A stretch of DNA of 64,000 bases from Myxococcota bacterium (GCA_039028615.1 JBCCHT010000013.1:1-64000), one strand, 5' to 3'; numbered from the stretch's first letter, positions 18,600 to 31,920 are shown. A program made the numbers and translations. The notes: a model not told the origin generated them from the sequence alone.

Positions 18600-18691
18600 C
18601 TTCGTTGGCGAGCGCGACCTCTTCGAAGAAAAATATCCAGGCGGACACCAATTTCGGACCGCATACGGGGAACAGCAGGGGCAACGACACC

Positions 18692-19933
18692 ATGCGTATC
18701 TTCAAGCCCCTGTCATTGTCCCTTCCGCTCACACTGTCCGCGTGTGTGCTCGTCACCGATTTTGGCGAGACCGACGACCAGGGCGATACGGGAGGCCTCA
18801 CCGACGCTCACGGCGAGTCGGACGGTGATGGAGCCGACGGCGATGCCGACGTGCCCGCTCCCGTGGCGACGCCCTCGCTTCAGTGGTTCTCCATCCTCGA
18901 GCACTCGACCGATTTCGAGTCCTATTATGTCGGCCTGGACATCCTCGCCGACGGCCAGGTCGTCGTGGCCGGAGGAGGCGGGCAACCGGGCACCGATAAC
19001 GGGGCCGGGGTCGTGCATCGTTATTCTTCCGCCGGGAGCCGCGACCTCGAGCTCGAGCACGATGGGACCTGGATGTTCCACGATGTGTGCCAGACCCCCG
19101 ACGGGCGTGTGTATGCCGTCACGCGGGGGCTGGCGACTGGCCCGAAGACGGGAGCCTTCGGTATCGTCGAGTTTGCGCCCGACGGTTCTCTGATGGCCGA
19201 GGCGCCCTTCGTGCCCCCGGGCGGCGAGGCCAACCCGGTGGGGGACTTTGCGCGGATCGTCTGCGACGACCAAGGGGAGGCCTGGGTCAGCGCGGTCGCG
19301 GGTCTCGGCCCCGTGCTGCTCAACGTCGGCGCGATGGGCAGCATCGACGAGCAGTGGCCGATGGGGGAGGCTCCGCGGGGGCGTGCTCTCATCGCGTACG
19401 ACGATGGGCTCCTGCATGTCGCGCTATACGACCGCGACGTACCGGGTACGCAGTGGCAGCAGCGAGATGCGACCGGCTCCATCGTCGCGGAGATTCCGCT
19501 GGCGCATACCGTGGTGGATCTCGAGGTCCGGGGGTCGCGGGCCGTGATCCGAAACTCGGACGACGTGGTCATCAGCTACGATCTGGCGGGGAACGAGCAG
19601 TGGAGCTTCGACATCACCGCGGCCGTGCCCGAGCCCTTCGATGGGCCGGAAATGGCCCTGGGGCCCAGCGGTGAGGTGCTGCTGAGTGCGCATGACGAAG
19701 GGACGGACACGCTCGCGATCATCGACGGGCAGGGGGCGCTCGCCTGGACCGAGGCCCTGACTCCGCTGGGTTCAGGTTCGGAGTGGATCTCGGTCATCGA
19801 GTCGGCCATCGACGACGACGGGGTCATCTCCCTGGTCGGTGTGGAGGGGTGGACGGGGACGCCGGGGATGAACGGCATGCCGGGGGAGCCGGGGATGCAG
19901 CGGGCGTGGATTGCCCGCTACGCCGCGCCGTAG
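18692..19933 (+). CDS. Lipoprotein, beta-propeller-like
   Basis: MRIFKP..LSAC lipobox; repeated 'xDGxVxV'/'YDLAGNEQW' blades; ends WIARY. Confidence 0.7.
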   Translation: MRIFKPLSLSLPLTLSACVLVTDFGETDDQGDTGGLTDAHGESDGDGADGDADVPAPVATPSLQWFSILEHSTDFESYYVGLDILADGQVVVAGGGGQPGTDNGAGVVHRYSSAGSRDLELEHDGTWMFHDVCQTPDGRVYAVTRGLATGPKTGAFGIVEFAPDGSLMAEAPFVPPGGEANPVGDFARIVCDDQGEAWVSAVAGLGPVLLNVGAMGSIDEQWPMGEAPRGRALIAYDDGLLHVALYDRDVPGTQWQQRDATGSIVAEIPLAHTVVDLEVRGSRAVIRNSDDVVISYDLAGNEQWSFDITAAVPEPFDGPEMALGPSGEVLLSAHDEGTDTLAIIDGQGALAWTEALTPLGSGSEWISVIESAIDDDGVISLVGVEGWTGTPGMNGMPGEPGMQRAWIARYAAP

Positions 19934-20006
19934 CGGGGAGGGCGAACCACGCAAGACTCCGCCGTCATCGAACGATGGCGGCGGAGCCCGTTCGTGTCGC
20001 GGCGAA

Positions 20007-21653
20007 TCAGTCTTCGCGCTGGACGTCGCACAGCTCGCCGTTGGGCGGCGGGTTGAGCTGGAAGACGCACTGCACCTGGTCGATGAGCCCATCCACGAAG
20101 GCCTCGGCCTGAGTCTGCCCCGACTCGATCCCCTCGATCGCATTCCGTAGCCCCCGATACGCGACCTCGTCGAGCCCGCGGGACTCGGCGATGTTCGCCG
20201 CCTGCCGCCACACGCGGAGCAGCGGATAGCCCCGCGGCTGCTCGTACTCGTGCAGGGCGAGCATCGACTGAATGCCGAGGATGACGGTGGGGGGCAGCTC
20301 TGAAGCCCCCGCGAAGTCGGTGGGGCGAACCAGGCGATTGGGCAGCATGATGCCCTGAATGAAATCCAGCGTCGTTTCGCCGGTCGGGAAGTTCGCGGCG
20401 GCGAGGTACTCGACGACGGTGTAGCCCCACGACTCGGCGAACTGGCGCTCGCCCGCGGGGAGTGTGGCGAGCAGGTCCTCGTTGCGGTGCAGGCCCAGCG
20501 TGATGGCCTCGACATGCGGGTCCCACATCAATCGCTGGAGGTGCTTGGCAGCTTGCTCGGGCGTCGCTCCACCGAAGCCGTAGAGCTGATAGTCGCGACG
20601 CTGGTCGTAGTACTCCTGCCAGGAAGCGGTGACCTCGGGCGTAATCTCGAAGCGCGCCTCGCTGGACCAGCCGCCGTGGCTGCCGGACTCGGGCGTCACG
20701 AGGTAGACATCGGGGAACTCGCCGCGCTCCTGCAGGGCGACCAGCTGCCACACGCTGAGGGTGTAGTTGGCGTTGGCCCACCAGCCCGTGGCTCGACCAG
20801 AGGCATCCTCGAAGGCCCGCCCCGACGCCCACTGCCACTCGGTCTGCAGCTCGATGCCGTAGTTGGGATCGTCGGTCCATGCGTGACCGGTATCGGGGAT
20901 GGGATACGGGTACGTGGCCTCCAGCAGCGCCAGGATGCGCATGCGGTCCTCGTAGCGGTTGGCGTCGAAGGTGGTCGTGCCATCGATGACGAGGTCGCGC
21001 GCGTCGACGATCTGGAAGTTGCCGGCCGAGCGCACCATGGCCCAGGTGCCGTGCTCGTCGTGGGCGACGTAGGAGAACACGCCGACGGTCTCGCCCGCGC
21101 GCAGGGTATCGGCGCGGGGGGTGTCGAGCGTGGCGCCGTTCAGGCCCACGTGATGGTGCACGGGGGTGTCACGGCTGACGACGCCCGTCCACTGCGACGG
21201 CGCGTTGGCGATGGCGTCCCAGGGCTGGTAGCGCGGGTGCGACTCGTTGGGCTCGACGTCGGAGATGCGAACGAAGTGACCCCACTCGGAGATCTGGACC
21301 AGACCCATCTCGCGGTCGATGCCGAACACGCCGACGGGCGTTCCGTAGGGCAGGCGCGAGTTGTAGCCCGTGGTGATCTCGGTGAGCGCGACGGGTTGGC
21401 TCGGGTCGTTGGTGTACTGGAAGGCGTAGATCGGGGTGCCTTCGGTGATGATGGTGCCCTCGCTGAAGGCCCGCTCCGCGGCACTGAGGTCCGCCTTTTC
21501 GTCGGAGGGGTCGGCCCCCAGCGGGTCGGCTTCCCAGACCTCGAGATCGACGACGTCCGGGCCATTGCGGCCGTCCATGTCGTCGCAGGCCACCCCCGCA
21601 ACGAGCAGAGCGGCCAGCATGATTCGTTGTCGCGTTCGATCGGCTCCGGTCAT
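20007..21653 (-). CDS. Lipoprotein with C-terminal Leg1-like domain
   Basis: Lipobox GVAC; YEDRMRI, GIELQTEWQWASGR, WWANANYTLSV, WDPHV, EYLAAANFPT resemble Leg1-family motifs. Confidence 0.65.
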   Translation of the reverse strand: MTGADRTRQRIMLAALLVAGVACDDMDGRNGPDVVDLEVWEADPLGADPSDEKADLSAAERAFSEGTIITEGTPIYAFQYTNDPSQPVALTEITTGYNSRLPYGTPVGVFGIDREMGLVQISEWGHFVRISDVEPNESHPRYQPWDAIANAPSQWTGVVSRDTPVHHHVGLNGATLDTPRADTLRAGETVGVFSYVAHDEHGTWAMVRSAGNFQIVDARDLVIDGTTTFDANRYEDRMRILALLEATYPYPIPDTGHAWTDDPNYGIELQTEWQWASGRAFEDASGRATGWWANANYTLSVWQLVALQERGEFPDVYLVTPESGSHGGWSSEARFEITPEVTASWQEYYDQRRDYQLYGFGGATPEQAAKHLQRLMWDPHVEAITLGLHRNEDLLATLPAGERQFAESWGYTVVEYLAAANFPTGETTLDFIQGIMLPNRLVRPTDFAGASELPPTVILGIQSMLALHEYEQPRGYPLLRVWRQAANIAESRGLDEVAYRGLRNAIEGIESGQTQAEAFVDGLIDQVQCVFQLNPPPNGELCDVQRED

Positions 21654-21748
21654 GCTCGTTCGGTTGCCGAGCATGCGGTTTGGTTCACGACAAAGTGCGA
21701 CCCCGTGACGTCGAGGTCAGGATCGCGCTGCGGCGGGCCCTCGAACGC

Positions 21749-22441
21749 CTAGACGCGACCGTAGACGGGCAGGGTGGTGCCCCGCAGGTCACCTGCGGCT
21801 TCGCTGGCCAGGAAGGCGATGGACTCGGCGAGGCGCTGCGGCGTGACCCACTTGTGCGCGTCGTCGTCTCCCATGGCCTTGCGATTGGCGGGCGTATCGA
21901 TCACCGAGGGCAGGACACAGTTGGCGGTGATGTCGAGGTCGCGCGTCTCTTCGGCGATGGACTTGGTCAGCGCGATCACGGCGGCTTTGGCCGCCCCGTA
22001 GGCCGCGAGCTGCCCCGCAGGCTCCACCGCCGCGCGCGAGCCCACGGTCACGATGCGACCGTAGCCGTGCTCCTTCATCCGTCGCAGCGAGTGCTTGAGC
22101 ACGAGGAACGCGGTGACCACGTTGAGCTCGAGCTGCCCTCGCAGGTCGTCGACGGCAAAGGTCTCGGTGGGGCCCATGGCGAAGCCGCCGACCAGGTGCA
22201 CGGCCACGTCGACGCGCTCCATGCCATCGAGCACCGCCTGTACGCTGGCCTCGTCGCGGAGGTCGGCTCGAGGTGTCTGCACTTGGTCGGCTCGATCGCC
22301 CAGTGCCTCGCGCAAGTACTGGATCTGCCGGTCGTCGAAGACGGGCACGGTGACTCGGGCCCCACGGTCGAGCAACACGGCGGTCACGGCGGTACCGAGG
22401 CCCCCCGAGCCTCCGGTGATCAGCACATGGCGATCTCGCAT
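21749..22441 (-). CDS. Short-chain dehydrogenase/reductase
   Basis: TGGSGGLG, VHLVGG, YGAAK, NCVLPSVIDT. Confidence 0.9.
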   Translation of the reverse strand: MRDRHVLITGGSGGLGTAVTAVLLDRGARVTVPVFDDRQIQYLREALGDRADQVQTPRADLRDEASVQAVLDGMERVDVAVHLVGGFAMGPTETFAVDDLRGQLELNVVTAFLVLKHSLRRMKEHGYGRIVTVGSRAAVEPAGQLAAYGAAKAAVIALTKSIAEETRDLDITANCVLPSVIDTPANRKAMGDDDAHKWVTPQRLAESIAFLASEAAGDLRGTTLPVYGRV

Positions 22442-22584
22442 GGAGGGCAGCATGAAGCGCCGCAGAACCGCTGTCTACCGCAGTAATGGGGCCCTTTGGC
22501 AGGAGTGATGCTGAACATACGTGCAACTTCGCGCGCTGCGTGCTAATGCCTGGCTCCGCCCTTCACCCGGGGTTGCAGATCATC

Positions 22585-25695
<3,111 letters not shown>

Positions 25696-25957
25696 AGCCC
25701 CGAACCGGCAGAACTCGCCGTGTAGTCGGGTGTGGGTTCCAGAGCGGCGCTTCGGCGTCGAGCGAGTGCCCACGGGGTCCGTTGGCGGGCGGCGCGACCT
25801 CCGCGAGAACCGACGGGTCGTTGTCCGAGACCGGCCGAGAGGCCTCAGGCGGGCGCGGCACCGGATCTGCGACCTCGAAGTCGCTCGCCGTACCCATCGG
25901 TGTCAGCTTCAACGGGCTGTGGTTGCTCTGCGTACCCCGCGTTTTCCTGGTCGTTCA

Positions 25958-26872
25958 ATGTTCCTGATGGGTGCAGGGGTTCTCGCGCTCACCCTGGGGG
26001 CATGCAAAACCGACAACCCGCTGTACATGGCCGCCGAGGAATCGAGCGGTGGTGACGAGGCCGGGGGCACGATCACCAGCGGCATCAGCGGCATCAGCGG
26101 CGGCGAAGAGGTGACGGGCCGCCCCGGCGAGGACGAGGGCGAGGCCGACAGCACCGATCCCAGCGCGGGCGAGACCGAAGGGGCAATCGATACCGGGGAC
26201 CCCACCGATTCCGACAGCGAAAGCGACAGCGGCGTGGCCGTGTGCGAGTCGAAGGGCTACGACCCGGTCGACCTCGACATCACCGACGAGTTCGGACTCC
26301 CGCCTTCGCCCGAGTCCGTACTTCCCGGCTGCACGGGCTCCTACTATTTCGACGGACCGTTCTGGGAGGCCGGCGCCGGCGGGCAGCTCCGGTTCACACA
26401 CTGCGGCGAAGGCAATTGCAGCTGCGAAGCTCAGCCCTGGACCGTCGACTTCCACGGCACGTACTCGGTCCCGCCGGAGTTCAGCGGCTGCGGATTCGTC
26501 GAGCTGTGGCCGGCCCTGAACGACGACGGAGACTGCGAGTGGGTCGGCATGGCGGTCACGCAGGGGTTCGAGCCCGTGTTCGTCATCAACAACAGCTTGC
26601 GGGTCCCCGTGGACGCGCCCGTGCAGCCCGACCTGGTCGAAGACGAGCTGTGTGACACCGACGTGCTCTGCTCCGAGCGCACGCCGGGCCGCTACGCGCT
26701 CCGTCTCGGCCCGACGGTGATCTTCGAAGGGGAAGAAGAGGAAGGCCTGCTCGGCGGCCAGGTCACCTATCAGATCAACAACCGCTCCTCGACGATCACC
26801 GAGGAGTGCGAGCAGCAGATTTCGTGGACGGCCGAGGCGTTCTTCGGGCCGGACATGCCGCCCGGTCCCTAG
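25958..26872 (+). CDS. Acidic Cys-containing lipoprotein
   Basis: Lipobox LGAC followed by xxDNP; acidic linker; paired Cys; start uncertain. Confidence 0.7.
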   Translation: MFLMGAGVLALTLGACKTDNPLYMAAEESSGGDEAGGTITSGISGISGGEEVTGRPGEDEGEADSTDPSAGETEGAIDTGDPTDSDSESDSGVAVCESKGYDPVDLDITDEFGLPPSPESVLPGCTGSYYFDGPFWEAGAGGQLRFTHCGEGNCSCEAQPWTVDFHGTYSVPPEFSGCGFVELWPALNDDGDCEWVGMAVTQGFEPVFVINNSLRVPVDAPVQPDLVEDELCDTDVLCSERTPGRYALRLGPTVIFEGEEEEGLLGGQVTYQINNRSSTITEECEQQISWTAEAFFGPDMPPGP

Positions 26873-27005
26873 GCCACCCGCGGCGGTGAGGCTCAAAATC
26901 GCGCAGAGGCGGCGGGCCCGGCGGAGATCGGTGCCCGGGCTCGTTGGAGCATCGTGTGAGCCCCGCCACTAGATACGGCATGACACCGGTCAACCATGCG
27001 TCAGA

Positions 27006-27779
27006 TTGCCCGCTCCTCACCGCAAAGGGGTGAGCGTGCAAGCACTCTGGCCCTCCGCGCGTTCGCGCGGTGCGGTACAAGCCGGGCCGCTGATGTCCTC
27101 TACGCGCATGCGTTCGGGCGCCCGGCCTCCGTCGGGCGATGGCTCGGTGGCGGATCCCTCGGGGTGGACGCCGGCTGAGATCGCGCGCGCGCTCGACGTG
27201 GGCGGCGATCGATACGAGCACTTGGCCCGCACCCTGCTGCCGATGACCGCGACCGCGGCCGGCCAGGAGCTGTACCCCTTCGGTGCCCACTACGATCGCA
27301 ACGCGGCCGACCTCCGACACGACGTGACCCAGGACGTGATGGTCAAGCTCTTCGCCAACGGCGGACGCGTGCTCCGAGCATGGGAGCCGCAGCTGGGCCT
27401 GTCGCTGCGAGGCTTCATCAAGCGTGTCGTTCGCTTCCATGTGCTCCAGCTGTTTCGGACCGAGCGCAGCAATCCTTGGCGCAACGACCCGGCCGAGCCC
27501 GAGCAGCTCGATGGTCTCGACCCGCGCCCGCCGGAGCTGCTGCATCAGCTGTGGCTGTGGCAGGTCCGTGACCAGCTGCTCGAGCGGGAGACGGAGCGGG
27601 GCCGCAAGCTCTATCAGGCGCTCTTCGTCGAGCAACGCGCCGCCGAAGACATCGCGCGCGACCACGATATGACCCGCGACGCCGTCTATCAGTGGCGCGC
27701 ACGCTTCAAGCGTAGGGCCGCCAAGACCCTGGGGAACATTCAGCGGACCGAAGGGGAGGGGGCCCCGCATCATGACTGA
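27006..27779 (+). CDS. Divergent ECF-type sigma factor
   Basis: DVTQDVMVKLF..VLRAWEP..SLRGFIKRVVR (region 2); LFVEQRAAEDIARDHDMTRDAVYQWRARF (region 4); true start likely further downstream. Confidence 0.8.
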   Translation: MPAPHRKGVSVQALWPSARSRGAVQAGPLMSSTRMRSGARPPSGDGSVADPSGWTPAEIARALDVGGDRYEHLARTLLPMTATAAGQELYPFGAHYDRNAADLRHDVTQDVMVKLFANGGRVLRAWEPQLGLSLRGFIKRVVRFHVLQLFRTERSNPWRNDPAEPEQLDGLDPRPPELLHQLWLWQVRDQLLERETERGRKLYQALFVEQRAAEDIARDHDMTRDAVYQWRARFKRRAAKTLGNIQRTEGEGAPHHD

Positions 27780-28530
27780 GCCAGGCCGAGACGAGCTGGA
27801 GGGGATGCTCGAGCAGATGGCCGACTTCGATCGGCAGGAACACGCGGTGGGCACGATGCCCGACTCGTGGTGGGCCGTTTCGAACGGTGAGCTGGACACC
27901 GACGAGGTCGAGGCTTCGACCGAGTCCGCCGAGGATCGCGAGCGGCTGACCGCGCTGATGAGCCCGCTGCCAGACGATCGCGGCGATGCGATCGTGCAGA
28001 AGATCCTGCAAGAGCATCGCCCCGCGTCGCCCGTGGTGCCGCTGCGTCCGCCCGCGCGCCGCCGCTGGGGCGCGCCCGCCGTCGTGGCGGTGGGGCTGGC
28101 CGTCGCGGCGGCGGTGCTGCTGTGGGTCCCGCGAGGTCAGGCGCCGGGCTCCGACTCTGGAATCACGCTCGTGCCCCATCGCATCGAGCTGGGCGGCACC
28201 GCCAAGGTGCTGGGCGAAGACGACGAAGCGCCGCGCGCCTATGGGCCCGGGGACGACTTCTTGCTGCGTGCACAGCCGATCGAGGCGTCTTCGGCCGCGA
28301 CCGAAGCGCGGCTTTTCGCCGTGTCGGAGGCCGACGGTCGCCGTCGCTTCCTCGACGTGACGCCCACGCGCGGCCAGGACGGCGCCTTCGAGTTCCGGGC
28401 GCCGATCGCCACGGTGCTCGGCCCGGGTCCCTGGACCCTCCGCGTCGAGATCGGCCCGCCCGGCGGCTGCCCACGGACGACGGACGACTGCATCGAAGTC
28501 CATGCGAGGATCGAGATCGTCGATCGCTGA
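27772..28530 (+). CDS. Putative anti-sigma factor (single TM, extracytoplasmic C-terminal domain)
   Basis: Overlaps the sigma stop; acidic N-domain; VVPLRPPARRRW followed by TM; beta-rich C-domain with Cys pair. Confidence 0.65.
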   Translation: MTEPGRDELEGMLEQMADFDRQEHAVGTMPDSWWAVSNGELDTDEVEASTESAEDRERLTALMSPLPDDRGDAIVQKILQEHRPASPVVPLRPPARRRWGAPAVVAVGLAVAAAVLLWVPRGQAPGSDSGITLVPHRIELGGTAKVLGEDDEAPRAYGPGDDFLLRAQPIEASSAATEARLFAVSEADGRRRFLDVTPTRGQDGAFEFRAPIATVLGPGPWTLRVEIGPPGGCPRTTDDCIEVHARIEIVDR

Positions 28531-28543
28531 GCGAGGCTGGACG

Positions 28544-31174
28544 ATGCGGTGGTGGCTGGGATTGTTCGCACTCGCTTCATTGGCGGGGTGCGACGAGCCC
28601 GATGTGCTCGTCGGCGGCGAGTCCGGCGGGGACGTCGGTGCGCTGGTGGAGCCGCCCCCCGTCGATCCGGAGCGCATCCTGTGGTCGGGGTGTGCCGTGG
28701 TCGATCGCGGCCGCTGTGAGCGCGAGCCCAAGCCCTTCCACGCGTGGGTGCCGGGCTCGTTCTCGGGCTGGCGCTGGACCTTCGAGGGGCAGCCCTTTGC
28801 CGCCGATTCCACGCAGGCGCAGGACGATGGCACTCGTTTCACGTGGTCGGAGTCGTGGGCGTCGAGCGGCTCGGGCTCGCTCGAGCTCCGCGACGAAGAC
28901 GACGCGGTGCAGTGGAGCCTCGAGGTGGTCGCGGCTCCGTCCGAGTTTTCTGCGCTCAGGACGCCTCCCAACGAGGGGATCGAGCGGCGAGCGGTCGCGG
29001 ACGAGCTGCTCGAAGACCTCGACGACCGAGCCCCGCTCGAGCGACTGGTCCGGCTCCGTCGCGCACGTTCGCTGCTCTACGACGGCAGCGACATCAAGGC
29101 GTCGTCGTTCCGGCTCGAGCCCATCCTCGAGAGCACCGTGGCGTTGGCTGCGTCGCTGGGCCGCTGGAACGAGCAGTGCGACGCCGCCTCCATCGGGGTG
29201 TACCTGGCGACCTTCGACTGGAAGTCGGACCGCGCCGATCGATGGGCGCGGTGGGACGAGCCTTGCCGTCAGCGCTCTACGTACTGGGCCGCGGCCTTCG
29301 ACTACTACCTCGGGGTGCTGGCGCTGCGCCGGGGCTACTACGAGGAGGCCGCCGTCCGGCTGCAGCGGTCCGAGCAGGTCGCTCCTCGGGTGCAGCTGAA
29401 GGAATTCGCCTGGCCCGCCGCCAAGCGCCGGGTGGAGGTCCTGGTGCGTACGGGTCGATGGGCAGAGGCTCGCCGGGCGCTGCGGCGACTGGACGAGCAG
29501 GACGCCGACGTGTGCACCCGGGCGCTGCTCGACTCGGAGATCGGCACCTATCGCGTACTGGCGCGTCGTCGTGGCGATGCCGACCTGGGGGACCCCACCG
29601 AGGTCTTGCTGCGAGCGCTCGCGCTCCACGAGCCGGGCCAGATCTGTGGCTCGGTGCGGGCGCGGAACCACGACCTGATCAAGCTGGGCCTGAGCGCTGC
29701 CCTCGACGGCGACACCGAAGCACTCGGCCGATGGCTCGGGGCGATCGACCCCACCACGCTCAGCGGCAAGTTCGTGGGGCAGTACCAGGAACTCCGAGTG
29801 CTCGACGCGCTGGCCCGCTACGACCTCGTGACCGCCCACCAGGCGCTGGAGTCCGCTCGTCGCCTGGTGGTCGACGGTCTCGAGCCCGAGATTCGCTGGC
29901 GCGTAAACATGCTGCGCGCCGAGCTGGGCCGGCTCGAAGGCGATGACGAGGCGGCTCGGGAGGCCTACGAAGCGGCCGAGGCGGTGGTGGACGAGCTGGC
30001 CCGCAACGTGACCTCCGGGGCCATTCGCGAGCGCTGGACCACGAGTCATCGCGGCAGCGCGCTGCGGCTGGTCGACCACCTCGTCGACGACGATCGCATC
30101 GTCGACGCGGCCTGTGTCGCTCGCAAGGCTCGAGCCCGCGCGCTGGCCATGCACGACGCGTTCGCGCTGCGATCCTCTCCGTCGGCCGAGCTGCTCGCTC
30201 GTGAAGTCGTGCGAGACCCAACGTCGATTTGTCGCCGATCCTGGAATCGACGCGACGATGAGTTGGTCCTGCTCGTCGTCCCGCGCGGTGGTGATGGTTG
30301 GTGGATCTTCGAGATCCACGACGGCCGCGTGCGGGGGGTCTTGCCGATGGAACGCCTACCCACTCTCGACGACAACACGGACCACTGGTGGGATCCGTGG
30401 TCCGATGCGCTGAGCGAGGCGTCGTCGGTGCGCGTGCTGGCCAGCGAGGCTGCCTTCGGAACCTCCTTCCATGAGCTCGGGTGGCGAGGCACCCCGCTGG
30501 CGGGCCAGCGCGCGGTCGTCTACGGCCTCGATCTGGCCGAGTCCGGCCCGCCACGCTCGCTCGCCGAGCGTCGGGCGGTGGTCGCCTTTGCCGACGTCGA
30601 TCCCATGCGGTCGCTGGGGCGCTACGAGGCCGCCAACGCCGAGGTCGATGCCGTGCTCCTCGAGCAGGGCTGGGACGCCGAGTGGATCGAGGCCGATGCC
30701 GTCGATCGATCCGCGCTGCGTGAACACTCGGCATCCGTGGCGTTGCTGCACTACTACGGGCACGGCATTCGGGAAGGCGTCGACGCCCCCACGCCCGAAC
30801 TCGACGATGTCGGCACCACGGCCCTGCTGCTGGCCGACGACACGCGCCTCGGGGTGGACGACGTACTCGGCTTGCCCCGCGTGCCCCCGTGGGTCGTGCT
30901 CTTCGGCTGCCGGGTGGGCCACGCCGACCTGCACGGGTGGAGCGGTGGCCTGAGTCTCGCCCACGCCTTCTTGCTCGCGGGGTCCGAGCAAGTCATCGCG
31001 TCCACCGAAGTGCTCGATGCCAGCACTTCGGCCGCGCTCGGCCCTCGGCTCTACGAAGGGCAGGGGCCCGCCTCCATCGATCTCTCCGATGCGCTTCGCG
31101 TGGCATGGGCCGAGTACTTCGAGGTCCACCGTAAGGCCCCGCCATGGAGTTCGTTGCGCGTGTTCGGTCGCTGA
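28544..31174 (+). CDS. Lipoprotein with TPR region and C-terminal CHAT (caspase-like) protease domain
   Basis: Lipobox LAGC; helical TPR-like middle; ARARAL; LLHYYGHG and VVLFGC dyad; SLAHAFLLAGSEQVIAS. Confidence 0.85.
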   Translation: MRWWLGLFALASLAGCDEPDVLVGGESGGDVGALVEPPPVDPERILWSGCAVVDRGRCEREPKPFHAWVPGSFSGWRWTFEGQPFAADSTQAQDDGTRFTWSESWASSGSGSLELRDEDDAVQWSLEVVAAPSEFSALRTPPNEGIERRAVADELLEDLDDRAPLERLVRLRRARSLLYDGSDIKASSFRLEPILESTVALAASLGRWNEQCDAASIGVYLATFDWKSDRADRWARWDEPCRQRSTYWAAAFDYYLGVLALRRGYYEEAAVRLQRSEQVAPRVQLKEFAWPAAKRRVEVLVRTGRWAEARRALRRLDEQDADVCTRALLDSEIGTYRVLARRRGDADLGDPTEVLLRALALHEPGQICGSVRARNHDLIKLGLSAALDGDTEALGRWLGAIDPTTLSGKFVGQYQELRVLDALARYDLVTAHQALESARRLVVDGLEPEIRWRVNMLRAELGRLEGDDEAAREAYEAAEAVVDELARNVTSGAIRERWTTSHRGSALRLVDHLVDDDRIVDAACVARKARARALAMHDAFALRSSPSAELLAREVVRDPTSICRRSWNRRDDELVLLVVPRGGDGWWIFEIHDGRVRGVLPMERLPTLDDNTDHWWDPWSDALSEASSVRVLASEAAFGTSFHELGWRGTPLAGQRAVVYGLDLAESGPPRSLAERRAVVAFADVDPMRSLGRYEAANAEVDAVLLEQGWDAEWIEADAVDRSALREHSASVALLHYYGHGIREGVDAPTPELDDVGTTALLLADDTRLGVDDVLGLPRVPPWVVLFGCRVGHADLHGWSGGLSLAHAFLLAGSEQVIASTEVLDASTSAALGPRLYEGQGPASIDLSDALRVAWAEYFEVHRKAPPWSSLRVFGR

Positions 31175-31230
31175 TTTCCTTCTTCATCCCCCCAATCCAA
31201 CCCCCCAAACCAACGGAGAAAACGAGCCCT

Positions 31231-31818
31231 ATGATCTTCAAATCCAATCCCCTGATGTTGGCCCTGAGCGCGGCGATGGTGCTGCCCGCGACCGGATGCC
31301 TCGATGGTGAGGAGCCCGGCGACGAGCTGGAGCTACGCACCGCGCCGAACTTGCTCGGGACGCCGGACTGCGACTGCCCGACCTGCAACCTCCCGCGAAG
31401 CTGCTGGGCCATTCGCGACCTCACCATCGGCATCTCTCTGCTCCCGATCCACTTGCCCATCGGGCCCGGCGATGCCGCAGAGGCCGGCTTCGGCGCGTCC
31501 GAGATCGGGGCCGAAACCCCCGCCGATCTGCTCGTCACCCTCGACGTCAGCCCCGTGAACTACGTGACCCTCACGGTGCCGGCCGAAGACGTGGACTTCG
31601 ACGGGGAGCGCCATCGAGTGATCGTCGACCTGTCCGAAGGCATGCTGCATCCCACCTTCGGCAAGGCGATGGCGATGCCGCTGAAGAACCTCGACTCCGA
31701 GACCGTAGAGACCATCGCCGCCGACATCGAAACCACCGCTTCGATGGCGCTATCGGGCGCCGGACAGGGCAGTGAGTTCCACGTGCCCTGGCACGAAGAG
31801 CTCTGGTTCATCGAATAG
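31231..31818 (+). CDS. Lipoprotein, hypothetical
   Basis: MIFK..ATGC lipobox; CDCPTC motif. Confidence 0.7.
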   Translation: MIFKSNPLMLALSAAMVLPATGCLDGEEPGDELELRTAPNLLGTPDCDCPTCNLPRSCWAIRDLTIGISLLPIHLPIGPGDAAEAGFGASEIGAETPADLLVTLDVSPVNYVTLTVPAEDVDFDGERHRVIVDLSEGMLHPTFGKAMAMPLKNLDSETVETIAADIETTASMALSGAGQGSEFHVPWHEELWFIE

Positions 31819-31920
31819 GGACACGGCCACGGAGGGCTCGTCGGGGGGACGGGCGCTTTGGACTACACTTGAAACGAACGACGCCCGGGCCATGTCCCGG
31901 GCGTTGTTCGTGGGGGCCGC

